From Arcobacteraceae bacterium (GTDB taxonomy: Bacteria > Campylobacterota > Campylobacteria > Campylobacterales > Arcobacteraceae), in assembly GCA_963662945.1 (NCBI GenBank), contig OY759974.1:256001-320000 (forward strand): a stretch of DNA of 64,000 nt, written 5' to 3'. Below the pieces are notes generated by a model, which was not told where the DNA came from, did no database searches, and saw only the letters and a program-made list of their open reading frames with translations. Numbering within the stretch: the stretch's first letter is position 1; every line of letters begins with the position of its first letter. This document shows positions 1-9,667 of this stretch, one piece after another. Made by a program: the position numbers and the translations under genes.

Positions 1-75
1 ATAATTTATCTTTTGTAATATACTCAAAAATTAACTTGAAGTTTTTTCAAATTTAATATCAAGTTTAATTCGCAT
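1..75 (-). CDS. RelE/ParE-family toxin, N-terminal part (runs off window)
   Basis: ATG at 75 overlaps the stop of the 70-aa ORF. It reads MRIKLDIKFEKNFKLIFEYITKDKL, a ParE-like N-terminus (F..L..I..YI..D). Confidence 0.55.
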
Positions 76-277
76 ATTTTATTTCAAGCTCTTTTTCAAA
101 TGCATCTACATTATTTTCAAAATCTTCAAATGATATTAACTCACTTTTCCCGCTTTTAATATCATCTCGTATCTGATGAAGTTCTTTTTGTCTTTCATAA
201 AAGTATAGGTTTAATTCTAAGTTTTTATCATTTGTAATACAATTACTTAAATTCTTTTCATCAACATTATTCATCAA
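65..277 (-). CDS. Small acidic protein, probable antitoxin
   Basis: 70 aa with an acidic C-terminus, translationally coupled to the ParE-like ORF. Confidence 0.5.
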   Translation of the reverse strand: MMNNVDEKNLSNCITNDKNLELNLYFYERQKELHQIRDDIKSGKSELISFEDFENNVDAFEKELEIKYAN

Positions 278-516
278 ATTTTAGAACCTCTTTTAATATA
301 TTTCCAAACACCATAAGCACTAATAGCTATCCAAAATATTTCGATAATAACAGAAGGTAAATTCCAATTATAAAGTAGTGAGTACATAATTAAAACTGCA
401 CCAAAAAGATTTAAAAATGAGTACCAAAAACCTTTTGCATCTATCTTATCAAATTGTAAAAGATAGTAAGTAGCTAGTACAAATGAGACACCAACTACAC
501 CTATAATATCTTCCAT
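274..516 (-). CDS. Small membrane protein (CBU_0592-like)
   Basis: 80 aa, 3 TM segments, motifs 'YYLLQ', 'YSFLNLFGA' and 'IIEIFW'. Confidence 0.7.
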   Translation of the reverse strand: MEDIIGVVGVSFVLATYYLLQFDKIDAKGFWYSFLNLFGAVLIMYSLLYNWNLPSVIIEIFWIAISAYGVWKYIKRGSKI

Positions 517-520
517 ATTT

Positions 521-1363
521 TTAAATAAGAGCTTTTAAACTTTTTGCAGTATAAAGTTTCAACTCTTCACTTTTTAAAGATTTTAATTCACTACTAAAAC
601 CATTTTTAGAAAATAGTACAAAACTATCTACAGGAAGTTGTATCTTTGCACAATCTTCTTTAAGTTTTGTAAGAACTGATTTTTTGAGTTTGCCATTTGT
701 ATATTTACAACTTCCAGCTATAATTTTTCCATTGTTTGTTTTAGCAACCAAATCTATTTCAAGAGTATCATCCCAATAACTTCCAAGTTGTGACACTCGC
801 TCTTCATCTTGAAGTTGAGTTTTTATAAACTCTCGACACAGTTGTTCAAAAGTGAACTGGACAAATTCTGTTTTTTTATTTTCATATAAAGTATTAAACT
901 CTTCATAGTTTCCATCTCTTATCCCTTTAAAAATAGGAGAGATAAAAGCAAACCAAAATCGTAAAAATGGTGTTCTAAATATGAGTTTTTTAGCAATATC
1001 AGAATGATTTGACTGATTTGTAAGGTGGCTTAGTGATTTTTCACTTGAAAGTACTTTTGAATCCACAAGCTCCTCAACACACTCCATACCAGTTTTAAAT
1101 GAAACTTCTGCTCGTCTAAAGCTTGAGTTTGTTCTTCTATCTCCTTGTGCTACACCACTTAAAATAGCGTGTAAAAGTGGGTCTGCTGTAGCGATATCTG
1201 CTACTTTATTTCGTAAATATTTATAGTCATCAAGAATAAATTCTTTGATAAGTTCTTCTATTGGGATATTCGTATTTACTTGAACCTCTTCAAGTCCGCC
1301 AAAAACTGCAAAATACTCTACAGCTTGGTGCATATCATTGATATTATTTTTTGTACAAAACAA
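521..1363 (-). CDS. DUF234 domain protein (archaeal-ATPase-associated, PD-(D/E)XK-like C-terminus)
   Basis: Motifs 'PFLRFWFAFI', 'FEQLCRE' and 'YWD..EIDLV..GSCKY'. The true start may lie upstream. Confidence 0.75.
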   Translation of the reverse strand: MFCTKNNINDMHQAVEYFAVFGGLEEVQVNTNIPIEELIKEFILDDYKYLRNKVADIATADPLLHAILSGVAQGDRRTNSSFRRAEVSFKTGMECVEELVDSKVLSSEKSLSHLTNQSNHSDIAKKLIFRTPFLRFWFAFISPIFKGIRDGNYEEFNTLYENKKTEFVQFTFEQLCREFIKTQLQDEERVSQLGSYWDDTLEIDLVAKTNNGKIIAGSCKYTNGKLKKSVLTKLKEDCAKIQLPVDSFVLFSKNGFSSELKSLKSEELKLYTAKSLKALI

Positions 1364-1496
1364 AGAAAATTGCTCTTGTATTGTTTGATCTGTTGAAATT
1401 ATAATCTATCCTTTTTTGTCTCTAAATTGTAATAATTATACCATAATATTATAATATCTTTGATACAATCCGAAGAGTAAAAAACAAAGGCAAATA

Positions 1497-1775
1497 ATGA
1501 AAAAATGTGATATACAACTAAAAGAACTTATAGAAACCGTAGTATTACCTGATATTGAAGATAGTATTGATTATATATTTGAACAAATAGCGGAGAAAAA
1601 AGATGCAAGTGAAGAGCTTAACAAAGAGTTAGCACAAATGCATGAGATGAGAGATGATTTTAATGAAATTTTAAAAGATATAGAAAACAGAGAACTTTCA
1701 AAAGAAGAGTGTCAAGAGCTTTATGAAGGTATCAAAGCTATGATTGATGATATGGAGTTTGATGACGAAATGTAA
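1497..1775 (+). CDS. Acidic hypothetical protein
   Basis: 92-aa ORF with AAGG RBS. Confidence 0.7.
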   Translation: MKKCDIQLKELIETVVLPDIEDSIDYIFEQIAEKKDASEELNKELAQMHEMRDDFNEILKDIENRELSKEECQELYEGIKAMIDDMEFDDEM

Positions 1776-1778
1776 TTG

Positions 1779-2138
1779 TTAAATACAATCCTTACATTTC
1801 CCATTTACTATAACATTATTGATAAGATATCCTTCAAGTTTGATATCTAACTTTTCCAAACACTCAACCTTATTACACTCAATACAAACAAAGTGTGCAT
1901 GAGGTTTGAGTTTTAATTCAAAATATCTTTTTTTGTCATTTGATTCAAAAGAGTTTACTATCCCCTCTTCTTCAAAAAGTGCAATATTTCTATAAAAAGT
2001 TGCTTTATCCATAGATATATCTACCTTGATATCTTCATAACTCAATGGTTGTTTTGCATTTTTAAATATCTCAATAAGAGCCATTCTTGCAGTTGTTAAT
2101 TTTATATTTTTATTTTTTATTTTATCTTCTAAAGTCAT
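1779..2138 (-). CDS. Fur family transcriptional regulator
   Basis: Motifs 'KLTTAR', 'ATFYRN', 'HAHFVCIEC' and a C-terminal CxxC. Confidence 0.9.
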   Translation of the reverse strand: MTLEDKIKNKNIKLTTARMALIEIFKNAKQPLSYEDIKVDISMDKATFYRNIALFEEEGIVNSFESNDKKRYFELKLKPHAHFVCIECNKVECLEKLDIKLEGYLINNVIVNGKCKDCI

Positions 2139-2236
2139 AAAAGCATTATAACAGATTAATCTTATTCAATTATTTTTTTAATTTTAACTTTCATTTTGGA
2201 TTTATTGGATAAAATCATATTTTTAAAAGGATAATA

Positions 2237-2890
2237 ATGAAACAAACAATTTTAAAATTAATTTTACTTGCTGTTACAACATATACTTTTCTAGGGTGTG
2301 CAGGGAAACAACAAGAAGTAAAAGAATATAACAAACCAGCTATTTACTGGTATAACAAAATGATAAAGCAAATTGCAGAGTATGATCTTGATGGTGCTGA
2401 TGATACTTTTACATCACTTGAATCAGAGCATAGAAACTCACCATTTATTCCAGCTGCTATGATGATTATTGCAACAGCTCATATGGAAGAAGAAGAATAT
2501 GCTATGGCAAACTACTATTTAGATGAATATCTAAAAAGATTTAGTTTAAAAAGAGATGCTGACTATATAAGATACTTAAAAATAAAATCAAATTTTTTAG
2601 CTTTTAAAAGTCAATACAGAGAACAAAATCTTTTAGATGAAACTATTATAAAAACAAATGAATTTCTAGATAAATACCCACACTCTGAATATGTACATTT
2701 AGTACAAACAATGCAAGCTCGACTTCTTATGGCTCGTTCTTTATTTGATAAAGAAATTTCAGAATTATATGGAAGAATTGACCAGCCTGTAGCACAAAAG
2801 TTTTATGAAGATAAAGCTTCAAGAAACTGGAAAAATATAGAAGATATCAAAGACGTAGATGTACCTTGGTATCGAGCTGTATTTGAATAA
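2237..2890 (+). CDS. bamD: Outer membrane assembly lipoprotein BamD
   Basis: Lipobox LGC, TPR-like helices, 'YNKPAIYWY'; adjacent to lon as in Campylobacterota. Confidence 0.85.
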   Translation: MKQTILKLILLAVTTYTFLGCAGKQQEVKEYNKPAIYWYNKMIKQIAEYDLDGADDTFTSLESEHRNSPFIPAAMMIIATAHMEEEEYAMANYYLDEYLKRFSLKRDADYIRYLKIKSNFLAFKSQYREQNLLDETIIKTNEFLDKYPHSEYVHLVQTMQARLLMARSLFDKEISELYGRIDQPVAQKFYEDKASRNWKNIEDIKDVDVPWYRAVFE

Positions 2891-2903
2891 GGAATAATAT
2901 TAT

Positions 2904-5243
2904 ATGAAATTAGCAGATTACGATAGTTTTCCAGATAGATTGCCAATACTTGTAGAGCAATCTATGTTTTTGTATCCATTTATGATCGCGCCAATTTTTA
3001 TTGGAGATGAGCAAAATATTAATGCAGTTGAATATGCAATAAACAATAACAAATTAATAACTGTTGCTGTAAGTAAAGAAAAAACTGCAAATGAATTTTA
3101 TAATGTTGCTGTGGTTGGAAATATTATGAGAAAAATCACTCTACCTGATGGAAGAGTAAAAGTTTTATTTCAAGGATTAGAAAAAGTAGAAATCAAAGAA
3201 GTTGTAAGTGGTTCTCCACTTATTGGTATAGTTGATGTACTCCCAACTCTTCCTTATGATGAAAAAGAGATTCATGCTATACTTGAAGTTTTAAAATCAA
3301 ATATTAATAGACTTTCAAAACTTAATCCAAAATTTCCAGTAGATTTAATTAAAACTATTCAAGAAAGTGCAGACCCTGTAAGGATTGCTGATTTAGTCTC
3401 ATCTGTAATACAAATCTCAAATAAAGATGCTTATGCTTTATTTAAAGAAACAAATATCAGTACAAGACTTTTAGGGATTATTGAACATATTAAACAAGAT
3501 ATAGAAACTTTTAAACTCAAAAATGAAATTAATCAAAAAGTAAATACAAACTTAGACAAACATCAAAAAGATTATGTTTTAAGAGAACAATTAAGAACTA
3601 TACAAAAAGAGTTAGGTGGAGACACAAGTAAAGACAAAGAGATACAAGAGTTTAGAAAAAAACTCAAAGCTCTTAAACCTTTTATGCCAAAAGCTGGATA
3701 CAAAGAAACAAAAAAACAAATTGATAGATTAAGTAGAATACATCCTGATAGTGGTGATGCTTCTACTCTTCAATCTTATATAGAAGCTGTTTTAGAGATA
3801 CCTTTTGGAGAAAAATCTGAAGAAAAATTTGATGCAACTCATGTGGAAGAACAACTTAATATTGATCATTACGCACTAAAAGAACCAAAAGATAGAATTA
3901 TCGAATACTTTGCAGTAAAACAGCTTCTTGAACAAAGAGAAATCAAAACTAGTAAAGACAATAGTACTGTTTTATGTTTTGTAGGACCTCCTGGTGTTGG
4001 TAAAACTTCATTGGCAAATTCAATTGCAAATGCACTTGATAGACCACTTGTAAGAATAGCTTTAGGTGGGATGGAAGATGTAAACGAACTTCGAGGACAT
4101 AGAAGAACATATGTTGGTGCAATGCCAGGACGAATTGTTCATGGATTTACAACAGCAAAAAAAATGAATCCTGTAATAGTTCTAGATGAAATAGATAAAA
4201 TTGGAGCAAATCATAGAGGTGATCCAAGTGCTGTGATGCTAGAGATTCTAGATCCTGAACAAAATCATGCTTTTAGAGACTTATATCTTAACTTTGAGAT
4301 AGATTTGAGTTCATGTATCTTTATAGCAACTGCTAACAATGCTGGTAAAATCCCTGCACCTCTTAGAGATAGAATGGAGTTTATCAATATAAGTAGTTAT
4401 ACACCAAATGAAAAATTTCATATTGCTTCAAATTATTTAATACCACAAGAGTTAAAAAAACATGGTATGAAAAAAACTGAAGTACACTTAAGTGACCCAA
4501 CTATTGAACTTATCATTGAAAAGTTTACAAGAGAAGCAGGTGTAAGAAACTTACGAAGAGTATTTAGTAAACTTTATAGAAAAGCTGCAAAAGAGCTTGT
4601 ATACAATAAAGACTTAAAAAAAGTGACAATTAATACTAAAAATATTGAAGAATATCTAGACAGTCCAGTATTTGAAATAGATCCAGCAGATAAATCAAAT
4701 AGTGTAGGAATAGTAAATGGTCTTGCTTGGACAAGTGTAGGTGGAGATGTTCTTAAAATAGAAGCTGTAAAATTTGCAGGTAAGGGAAACTTATCACTTA
4801 CTGGTAATATGGGTGATGTTATGAAAGAAAGTGCAAGAATTGCACATAGTGTTGTTAAGGGTTTAATCGATAAGAAAAAACTTAAAAATGCTTCTTTTAA
4901 AAACTACGATATACATATGCATATTCCAGAAGGTGCAACTCCAAAAGATGGACCAAGTGCAGGTATTGCTATGAGCTTGGTTATTGCTTCAATTTTATCA
5001 AATCAAAAAGTAGATTCAACTTTAGCTATGACAGGTGAAGTTACCCTGACAGGAAAAGTTCTTCCAATTGGTGGATTAAAAGAGAAACTTATTGCAGCTT
5101 ATAAAGCAAAAATGAAAAAAGTTTTAATTCCAGAAAAGAATTTCAAAAGAGATTTAAAAGATATTCCTGATGAAGTAAAAGAAAATATGGAAATAATAGC
5201 TGTTAAACGAGTTGAAGAGGTACTTGAACACGGTTTAATCTAA
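2904..5243 (+). CDS. lon: ATP-dependent Lon protease
   Basis: Walker A GPPGVGKT, 'RGHRRTYVGAMPG' and catalytic 'PKDGPSAG'. Confidence 0.98.
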   Translation: MKLADYDSFPDRLPILVEQSMFLYPFMIAPIFIGDEQNINAVEYAINNNKLITVAVSKEKTANEFYNVAVVGNIMRKITLPDGRVKVLFQGLEKVEIKEVVSGSPLIGIVDVLPTLPYDEKEIHAILEVLKSNINRLSKLNPKFPVDLIKTIQESADPVRIADLVSSVIQISNKDAYALFKETNISTRLLGIIEHIKQDIETFKLKNEINQKVNTNLDKHQKDYVLREQLRTIQKELGGDTSKDKEIQEFRKKLKALKPFMPKAGYKETKKQIDRLSRIHPDSGDASTLQSYIEAVLEIPFGEKSEEKFDATHVEEQLNIDHYALKEPKDRIIEYFAVKQLLEQREIKTSKDNSTVLCFVGPPGVGKTSLANSIANALDRPLVRIALGGMEDVNELRGHRRTYVGAMPGRIVHGFTTAKKMNPVIVLDEIDKIGANHRGDPSAVMLEILDPEQNHAFRDLYLNFEIDLSSCIFIATANNAGKIPAPLRDRMEFINISSYTPNEKFHIASNYLIPQELKKHGMKKTEVHLSDPTIELIIEKFTREAGVRNLRRVFSKLYRKAAKELVYNKDLKKVTINTKNIEEYLDSPVFEIDPADKSNSVGIVNGLAWTSVGGDVLKIEAVKFAGKGNLSLTGNMGDVMKESARIAHSVVKGLIDKKKLKNASFKNYDIHMHIPEGATPKDGPSAGIAMSLVIASILSNQKVDSTLAMTGEVTLTGKVLPIGGLKEKLIAAYKAKMKKVLIPEKNFKRDLKDIPDEVKENMEIIAVKRVEEVLEHGLI

Positions 5244-5244
5244 T

Positions 5245-5532
5245 ATGGATAGAATAAAAGAAATAAAAAAACTACAAACAGAAGGCTATAAAGTTGAAAG
5301 AAGTCAAAGTGTAGTTTTAAATAATCTTTATGCTATCGTAACAATAGTTACAGTTTGTATCTCTATTATTTTTTATAACATTTATGTTGTCCCTACACAA
5401 AAAGCAAAAGAGCAAAGAGAACTCAAAGCAAAACAGCATCAAGAGTATCTAGATATGAGAGCAAAACAAATTGCTCTTTCCCATAAACTCAATAATCAAA
5501 AGACAAATAAAGAAGTTCAAAATGACAAATAG
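5245..5532 (+). CDS. Hypothetical single-TM protein
   Basis: 95-aa ORF in the operon between lon and the rhomboid gene. Confidence 0.65.
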   Translation: MDRIKEIKKLQTEGYKVERSQSVVLNNLYAIVTIVTVCISIIFYNIYVVPTQKAKEQRELKAKQHQEYLDMRAKQIALSHKLNNQKTNKEVQNDK

Positions 5533-6046
5533 AGTATTTACTGTAACAAATATCATCATACTTGTAAATATTTTTATGTTTATAGTTCAAAACAGTATCC
5601 ATAATGGTATTTTGTATTTTGGATTGAATATTTACTTTTTTAGAAATGAATTATATTATCAACTACTTTCAACTATGTTTGTTCATGGTGGAGTTGCGCA
5701 TATTTTGATGAATATGTTTGTTTTATTTCAATTTGGAAATATTATAGAAAGAGTTATCGGTATACCGAAATATCTCTTTTTATATTTTGTAGGTGGTGTT
5801 TTAACCTCAATTGGAAGTTTAGCTTATATGTATATTACAGGAGATTGGGCAAACTTAGTTGGTGCAAGTGGTGCTATAAGTGTTCTTCTTGGTTGGTTTG
5901 CGCTTAAAGACACATATCAAAGAAAAGGGATAATAGTATGGATACTTCTAATATCTTTTGCACCACTTTTATTGGGTATGCCTGTTGCTTGGTATGCTCA
6001 CCTCATAGGATTTGCTTTAGGATGGGCTTTAGGCTACATTTTATAA
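5522..6046 (+). CDS. Rhomboid intramembrane serine protease (integration target; 3' end supplied by the element)
   Basis: Motifs 'FVHGGVAHILMNM', catalytic GASG and 'AHLIG'. ATG at 5522. Confidence 0.93.
   Translation: MTNRVFTVTNIIILVNIFMFIVQNSIHNGILYFGLNIYFFRNELYYQLLSTMFVHGGVAHILMNMFVLFQFGNIIERVIGIPKYLFLYFVGGVLTSIGSLAYMYITGDWANLVGASGAISVLLGWFALKDTYQRKGIIVWILLISFAPLLLGMPVAWYAHLIGFALGWALGYIL
5949..5964 (+). repeat. attL core TAATATCTTTTGCACC
   Basis: Exact match to 50444-50459. Confidence 0.92.
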
Positions 6047-6084
6047 GCATTTCAGAAGATCAAAAAAAATCTTAAATAATAGTC

Positions 6085-6247
6085 AAATAGGGTTAATTAG
6101 TGCCTATAAGGTACATATAATAGTACATAGTGTATAGTTCTTTTATGAATTTTATGTACCTATCTTATAAAATATGTACCTTTTGTTTTTAATAAAATTT
6201 CATTTTTAACAAAAAACTATGTACTTTTAGTATTTTTAATATGTACC
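6085..6247 (+). repeat. Putative integrase arm-type sites (GTACAT/ATGTAC); 47-bp block 6085-6131 repeated at 50334-50380
   Basis: aaatagggttaattagtg..tagtacatagt occurs at both element ends, and four inverted ATGTAC lie before the integrase start. Confidence 0.7.
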
Positions 6248-6282
6248 TTTTCAAAATTCAACTTAATTTAAAAGGTTTAAAA

Positions 6283-7509
6283 ATGGCAAAATATGCAGGA
6301 ATAAGATCTGAAGTTATGAAGGATGGATCTGTTGCTATAATGGCTCAATTCAAACATTTAGGTGTTAGATATTCAAAAAAAAATCTAACTTCACTTTGGG
6401 GAATAAGAACTGAAAAAAAAGGTTTTGAAAAATTACAAGAAATAAAAGCTGAATTATCAGATAAAAAAGATCCTTTTGCAAGTTCAGCAAGTTCACTAAA
6501 TTTAATTTGGGAAAAAAAACTTGAGAAAAATAGAGCATCAGGTGAATGGGCTAAATCAACTTGTAAAAATTATTCTTATTTTTATAAAACTCATATAAGA
6601 ACTGCAATTGGTCAAAAGAAAATTGAAAGAATAACATATAATGATATTATGAATCTTTTTGATCATTTTAAAGCTAATCAAGCAAGTTCAAAAAATACTC
6701 TTATTGATATATTAAGACCTATTTTTAATGAAGAACAAATAAAAGGAAATATCACTAAAAATATATTTGATCCTATTAAAAAGTTTGTTGAAATTCCTCA
6801 AAAAGCACCTGTGTCTGATAGAACACATTATGAAGATATTGAAATAATTAGAAGAATTTATAATGCAATACCTGATTATAATCAAGCAAGAGTACATAAT
6901 ATTGAGATGCACCAAAACTTTTTATATATGTTGATTCTAAGTTGTCATAGAGTTGGTGAATTAACTAAATTAGAAAAAAAACATTGTAATTTAGAACATA
7001 GAATAATTGTTGCACCTAAAACTATTACTAAATCAAAAAGAGATTATCACTACCCTATTCCTGAAGAATGTATTTCATATATTGAAAATCATAAAGGTGG
7101 GGTTTTATTTCCAATAGCAAGAGGTGGAACATTAAGTAGAATATTTCAAAGAATACTTTTTCAAGCAGGTATTGATACAATTGAAGGTCATACTTTATCA
7201 AATCACTCTGTTAGAGCTATGATGATGAGTATAATGATTAATGATTTGGATATTAAAGAATCAATAGCTCACAATTGTCTTGAACATAAACCTCAAGATA
7301 TGAAGAAACATTATCATAATATTCCATATAGTGTTAAAGCTAAAACATTTAAGCAATATTGGGATTATATTAAAGAAATACCAATTGAAAATGAAGATAA
7401 TAAAAATACTGATGCAAATCTTGATGATTTAAAAGAATTGATCAGTAATTATAAAGAAGGATTATTGACTAAAGAAGAATTTGAAATAGCTAAAAAAATG
7501 ATATTATAA
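6283..7509 (+). CDS. Tyrosine recombinase/integrase with C-terminal SHOCT-like tail
   Basis: Catalytic residues R (CHRVGE), K, HSVR, LEH and HY. Tail reads 'LKELISNYKEGLLTKEEFEIAKKMIL'. Likely ATG at 6283 after AAGG. Confidence 0.9.
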   Translation: MAKYAGIRSEVMKDGSVAIMAQFKHLGVRYSKKNLTSLWGIRTEKKGFEKLQEIKAELSDKKDPFASSASSLNLIWEKKLEKNRASGEWAKSTCKNYSYFYKTHIRTAIGQKKIERITYNDIMNLFDHFKANQASSKNTLIDILRPIFNEEQIKGNITKNIFDPIKKFVEIPQKAPVSDRTHYEDIEIIRRIYNAIPDYNQARVHNIEMHQNFLYMLILSCHRVGELTKLEKKHCNLEHRIIVAPKTITKSKRDYHYPIPEECISYIENHKGGVLFPIARGGTLSRIFQRILFQAGIDTIEGHTLSNHSVRAMMMSIMINDLDIKESIAHNCLEHKPQDMKKHYHNIPYSVKAKTFKQYWDYIKEIPIENEDNKNTDANLDDLKELISNYKEGLLTKEEFEIAKKMIL

Positions 7510-7537
7510 AAAATCCCCACTTTAAAAAAGTGAGGAT
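7508..7537. terminator. Terminator family 2 (ATCCCCACTT..AAGTGAGGAT); also ~8923-8956, ~25419-25452, ~36878-36910 and inverted ~18704-18728
   Basis: The same hairpin with an A/T run is reused at several gene ends. Confidence 0.7.
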
Positions 7538-7658
7538 AAAATTAAGAAATTATTTTATTTTATGCTTTTAAACATATAATGTATTGTATTTAAAATATGT
7601 GAATATCTTGCTTAGTTATAAAAGAGGAAAATGTCTTTTTTCAAGAAAAATCAGGCAT

Positions 7659-7687
7659 AAAAAAACCTTCCCTGTTAAGAGAAGGTT
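7659..7687 (-). terminator. Terminator family 1 (AACCTTCTCTTAACAGGGAAGGTTTTTTT); also 16331-16359(+) and 24261-24289(-), variants ~15528, ~36351, ~41891
   Basis: GC stem plus poly-T directly after stop codons; three copies are identical. Confidence 0.8.
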
Positions 7688-7976
7688 AATTTCTATTATC
7701 AAATTGAAATATAATTGCTTCAACTATATCTGATTTTGATATTTTATCATATTGTAATGATAATGATTTTAATGTTATATATGTTTTTTCATCATATGAT
7801 AATGGAACTATTTGTTTCAAACTTTTATCATCATTTTCTAAAAATGTTAATTCTTGATCAGAATTATAGTTTTTAATCATATATCTTAATGCTGAAGATA
7901 TAGTGTAGTCATATTTTTTTGAAATTAATTTTAATTTATTGATTGCTTCAATACTTAATGTAATACTTGTTGTCAT
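7686..7976 (-). CDS. Tandem ribbon-helix-helix-like DNA-binding protein
   Basis: Two RHH-like units: 'TTSITLS..INKLK..S....ISSALR' and 'IVPLSY...ITLKSLS....SKSDIVE'. Confidence 0.6.
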   Translation of the reverse strand: MTTSITLSIEAINKLKLISKKYDYTISSALRYMIKNYNSDQELTFLENDDKSLKQIVPLSYDEKTYITLKSLSLQYDKISKSDIVEAIIFQFDNRN

Positions 7977-8030
7977 AATTTTTTTTTCCTTTGAATTTTG
8001 ATTTATTTTAAAACAGGGTAAATACCTGTC

Positions 8031-8150
8031 TTATAAAAATTTGATGTTATGTTTGTTTGTTTTTGCTTGATCAAGAATTTTATTAATGTCAAGAACTTTC
8101 TTTCCTGTTAATGTTTCAAGAAATATTTGAAGGTCTTTATTTATACTCAT
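8031..8150 (-). CDS. 39-aa small protein (not in ORF track)
   Basis: MSINKDLQIFLETLTGKKVLDINKILDQAKTNKHNIKFL, with AAGGA RBS, 2 bp after the upstream stop. Confidence 0.45.
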   Translation of the reverse strand: MSINKDLQIFLETLTGKKVLDINKILDQAKTNKHNIKFL

Positions 8151-8152
8151 AA

Positions 8153-8812
8153 TTAATCCTTACACATTTGATCTTTTATTTTTAAAGAACCAAATTTTAT
8201 AAGAACTTTATCTGCCCCTTCAAAATCATCTTCTAATATATAAGATAGTAAATGAGCAAATTCACCATTATAAAACACAATTTTCTTTAATTTTGAAGAA
8301 TTTATATCTGACATACTTTTTAAAAGATTATAAGCATTTAAACTCTTATTTTCAGATATGTTATATTCTATTACACTTGTAAGAAGATTTGCTCTATCAT
8401 TTTTTGATTTGTTTGGAGTTATGATTACATAAGAACCATTTTGTTTCATTAGCATATAGTCTTTATTTGCTCTTTTTATACTTGCTTCATCAATTATTGT
8501 AGTAATACCTATATATGAATATAATAAGTTGATATTTTGCTCTTTTTCATATGTCTTATAAATATGCTTGGTGTAAGAATCTAATTGCTTACAAATAGAT
8601 TTTCCCTTATAAATATCTAATAAAGAACAATCTTCTGTTTTGTCATAACCTAATAACTCAAATGTTTCTTCTCTCTGTATATCAAAATAAGTGTCTTTCA
8701 TTATTTTTATAACTTTCTGATCAGTTTCTTTTTCACAATTTATTTCATCTGCCATTGCACTTGTTGATAATACACCTATTAGTGCTATTGTTGTTATTGT
8801 TTTTTTTAACAT
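8153..8812 (-). CDS. Secreted protein, element paralog family copy 1
   Basis: Signal peptide MLKKTITTIALIG; motifs 'HIY..Y....INLLY' and 'F..LLSY....F..AD'. Confidence 0.7.
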   Translation of the reverse strand: MLKKTITTIALIGVLSTSAMADEINCEKETDQKVIKIMKDTYFDIQREETFELLGYDKTEDCSLLDIYKGKSICKQLDSYTKHIYKTYEKEQNINLLYSYIGITTIIDEASIKRANKDYMLMKQNGSYVIITPNKSKNDRANLLTSVIEYNISENKSLNAYNLLKSMSDINSSKLKKIVFYNGEFAHLLSYILEDDFEGADKVLIKFGSLKIKDQMCKD

Positions 8813-8971
8813 ATTTTGTTTCCTTTGTATTATAAAATTTAATTTGAGTTGTTTAACTCTATTGGGTTATAGTATTTCATTAATGATAATTATTAAAAAT
8901 GTGAGTTAATTAGAAAAAAGGCAAAAAAAATCCCCACTTAGTAAAAAGTGAGGATTATATGAGTGATTTAG

Positions 8972-9388
8972 TTATTTGCCAAAAACTATATTAGCAAAAC
9001 TTAATAAGATAAGGTCATAAAAGTTATTTAGTTTTTTAAAAAGAAAATTGAATATATTTGTAATTTTCTTAAATATTGTTATAAGTAATTTAGGATTAGC
9101 AAATAATGCTAAAATAATTGCAAATAAAGGCATATAAGTGATTAAGAAGTTTAAAGTGTTATCAGCAGGTGCAAAACCTTTACCTAATAGATTTCCTAAG
9201 ATATTAAACTCTATAGCACTAATATGTGTAAGTCCTATAGTATTTAAAAATTCTTTTATAGGATTTAAAATAATTGAAAAAATATCATTGTGAATTTCTG
9301 ATTGAATTTTTGCTCCAAATTCTAAAAATTTTGTAAGTAAAAATGAAAATGCTATAATTATAACATTCTTATTAAGGTTTTTAAACAT
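8972..9388 (-). CDS. Hypothetical membrane protein
   Basis: 138-aa hydrophobic ORF with RBS and the TATAAC promoter motif. Confidence 0.6.
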   Translation of the reverse strand: MFKNLNKNVIIIAFSFLLTKFLEFGAKIQSEIHNDIFSIILNPIKEFLNTIGLTHISAIEFNILGNLLGKGFAPADNTLNFLITYMPLFAIILALFANPKLLITIFKKITNIFNFLFKKLNNFYDLILLSFANIVFGK

Positions 9389-9466
9389 AATTTATCCTTT
9401 AAATTTATATTGTTTATTGGTTCTATAACTTTTGTTATATACTTATGAGTTTTATTTCTTGATCAA

Positions 9467-9667
9467 TTAGTTGAAATTAAATTTATTAATTCCAAAATAT
9501 TCATTATATTTCCCATCCTTAGAAGATACAATGTTTCCTTTTCCAAATATTTGTGAAACTCCACTTGTAATTTTACTTTGTTTCTTTTCTGTTAATTGGT
9601 TAATTGTAAATAATATTATTACACTTAATGCAATACTTGTTATTATTAATTTCTTTGATACTTGCAT
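9467..9667 (-). CDS. Small protein with N-terminal TM
   Basis: 66 aa, AAAGGA RBS, TATAAC at 9713-9718. Confidence 0.55.
   Translation of the reverse strand: MQVSKKLIITSIALSVIILFTINQLTEKKQSKITSGVSQIFGKGNIVSSKDGKYNEYFGINKFNFN

Noticed and set aside
5900-6100. tRNA/tmRNA integration target
   Set aside because: No tRNA-like sequence; the att core lies within the rhomboid CDS.
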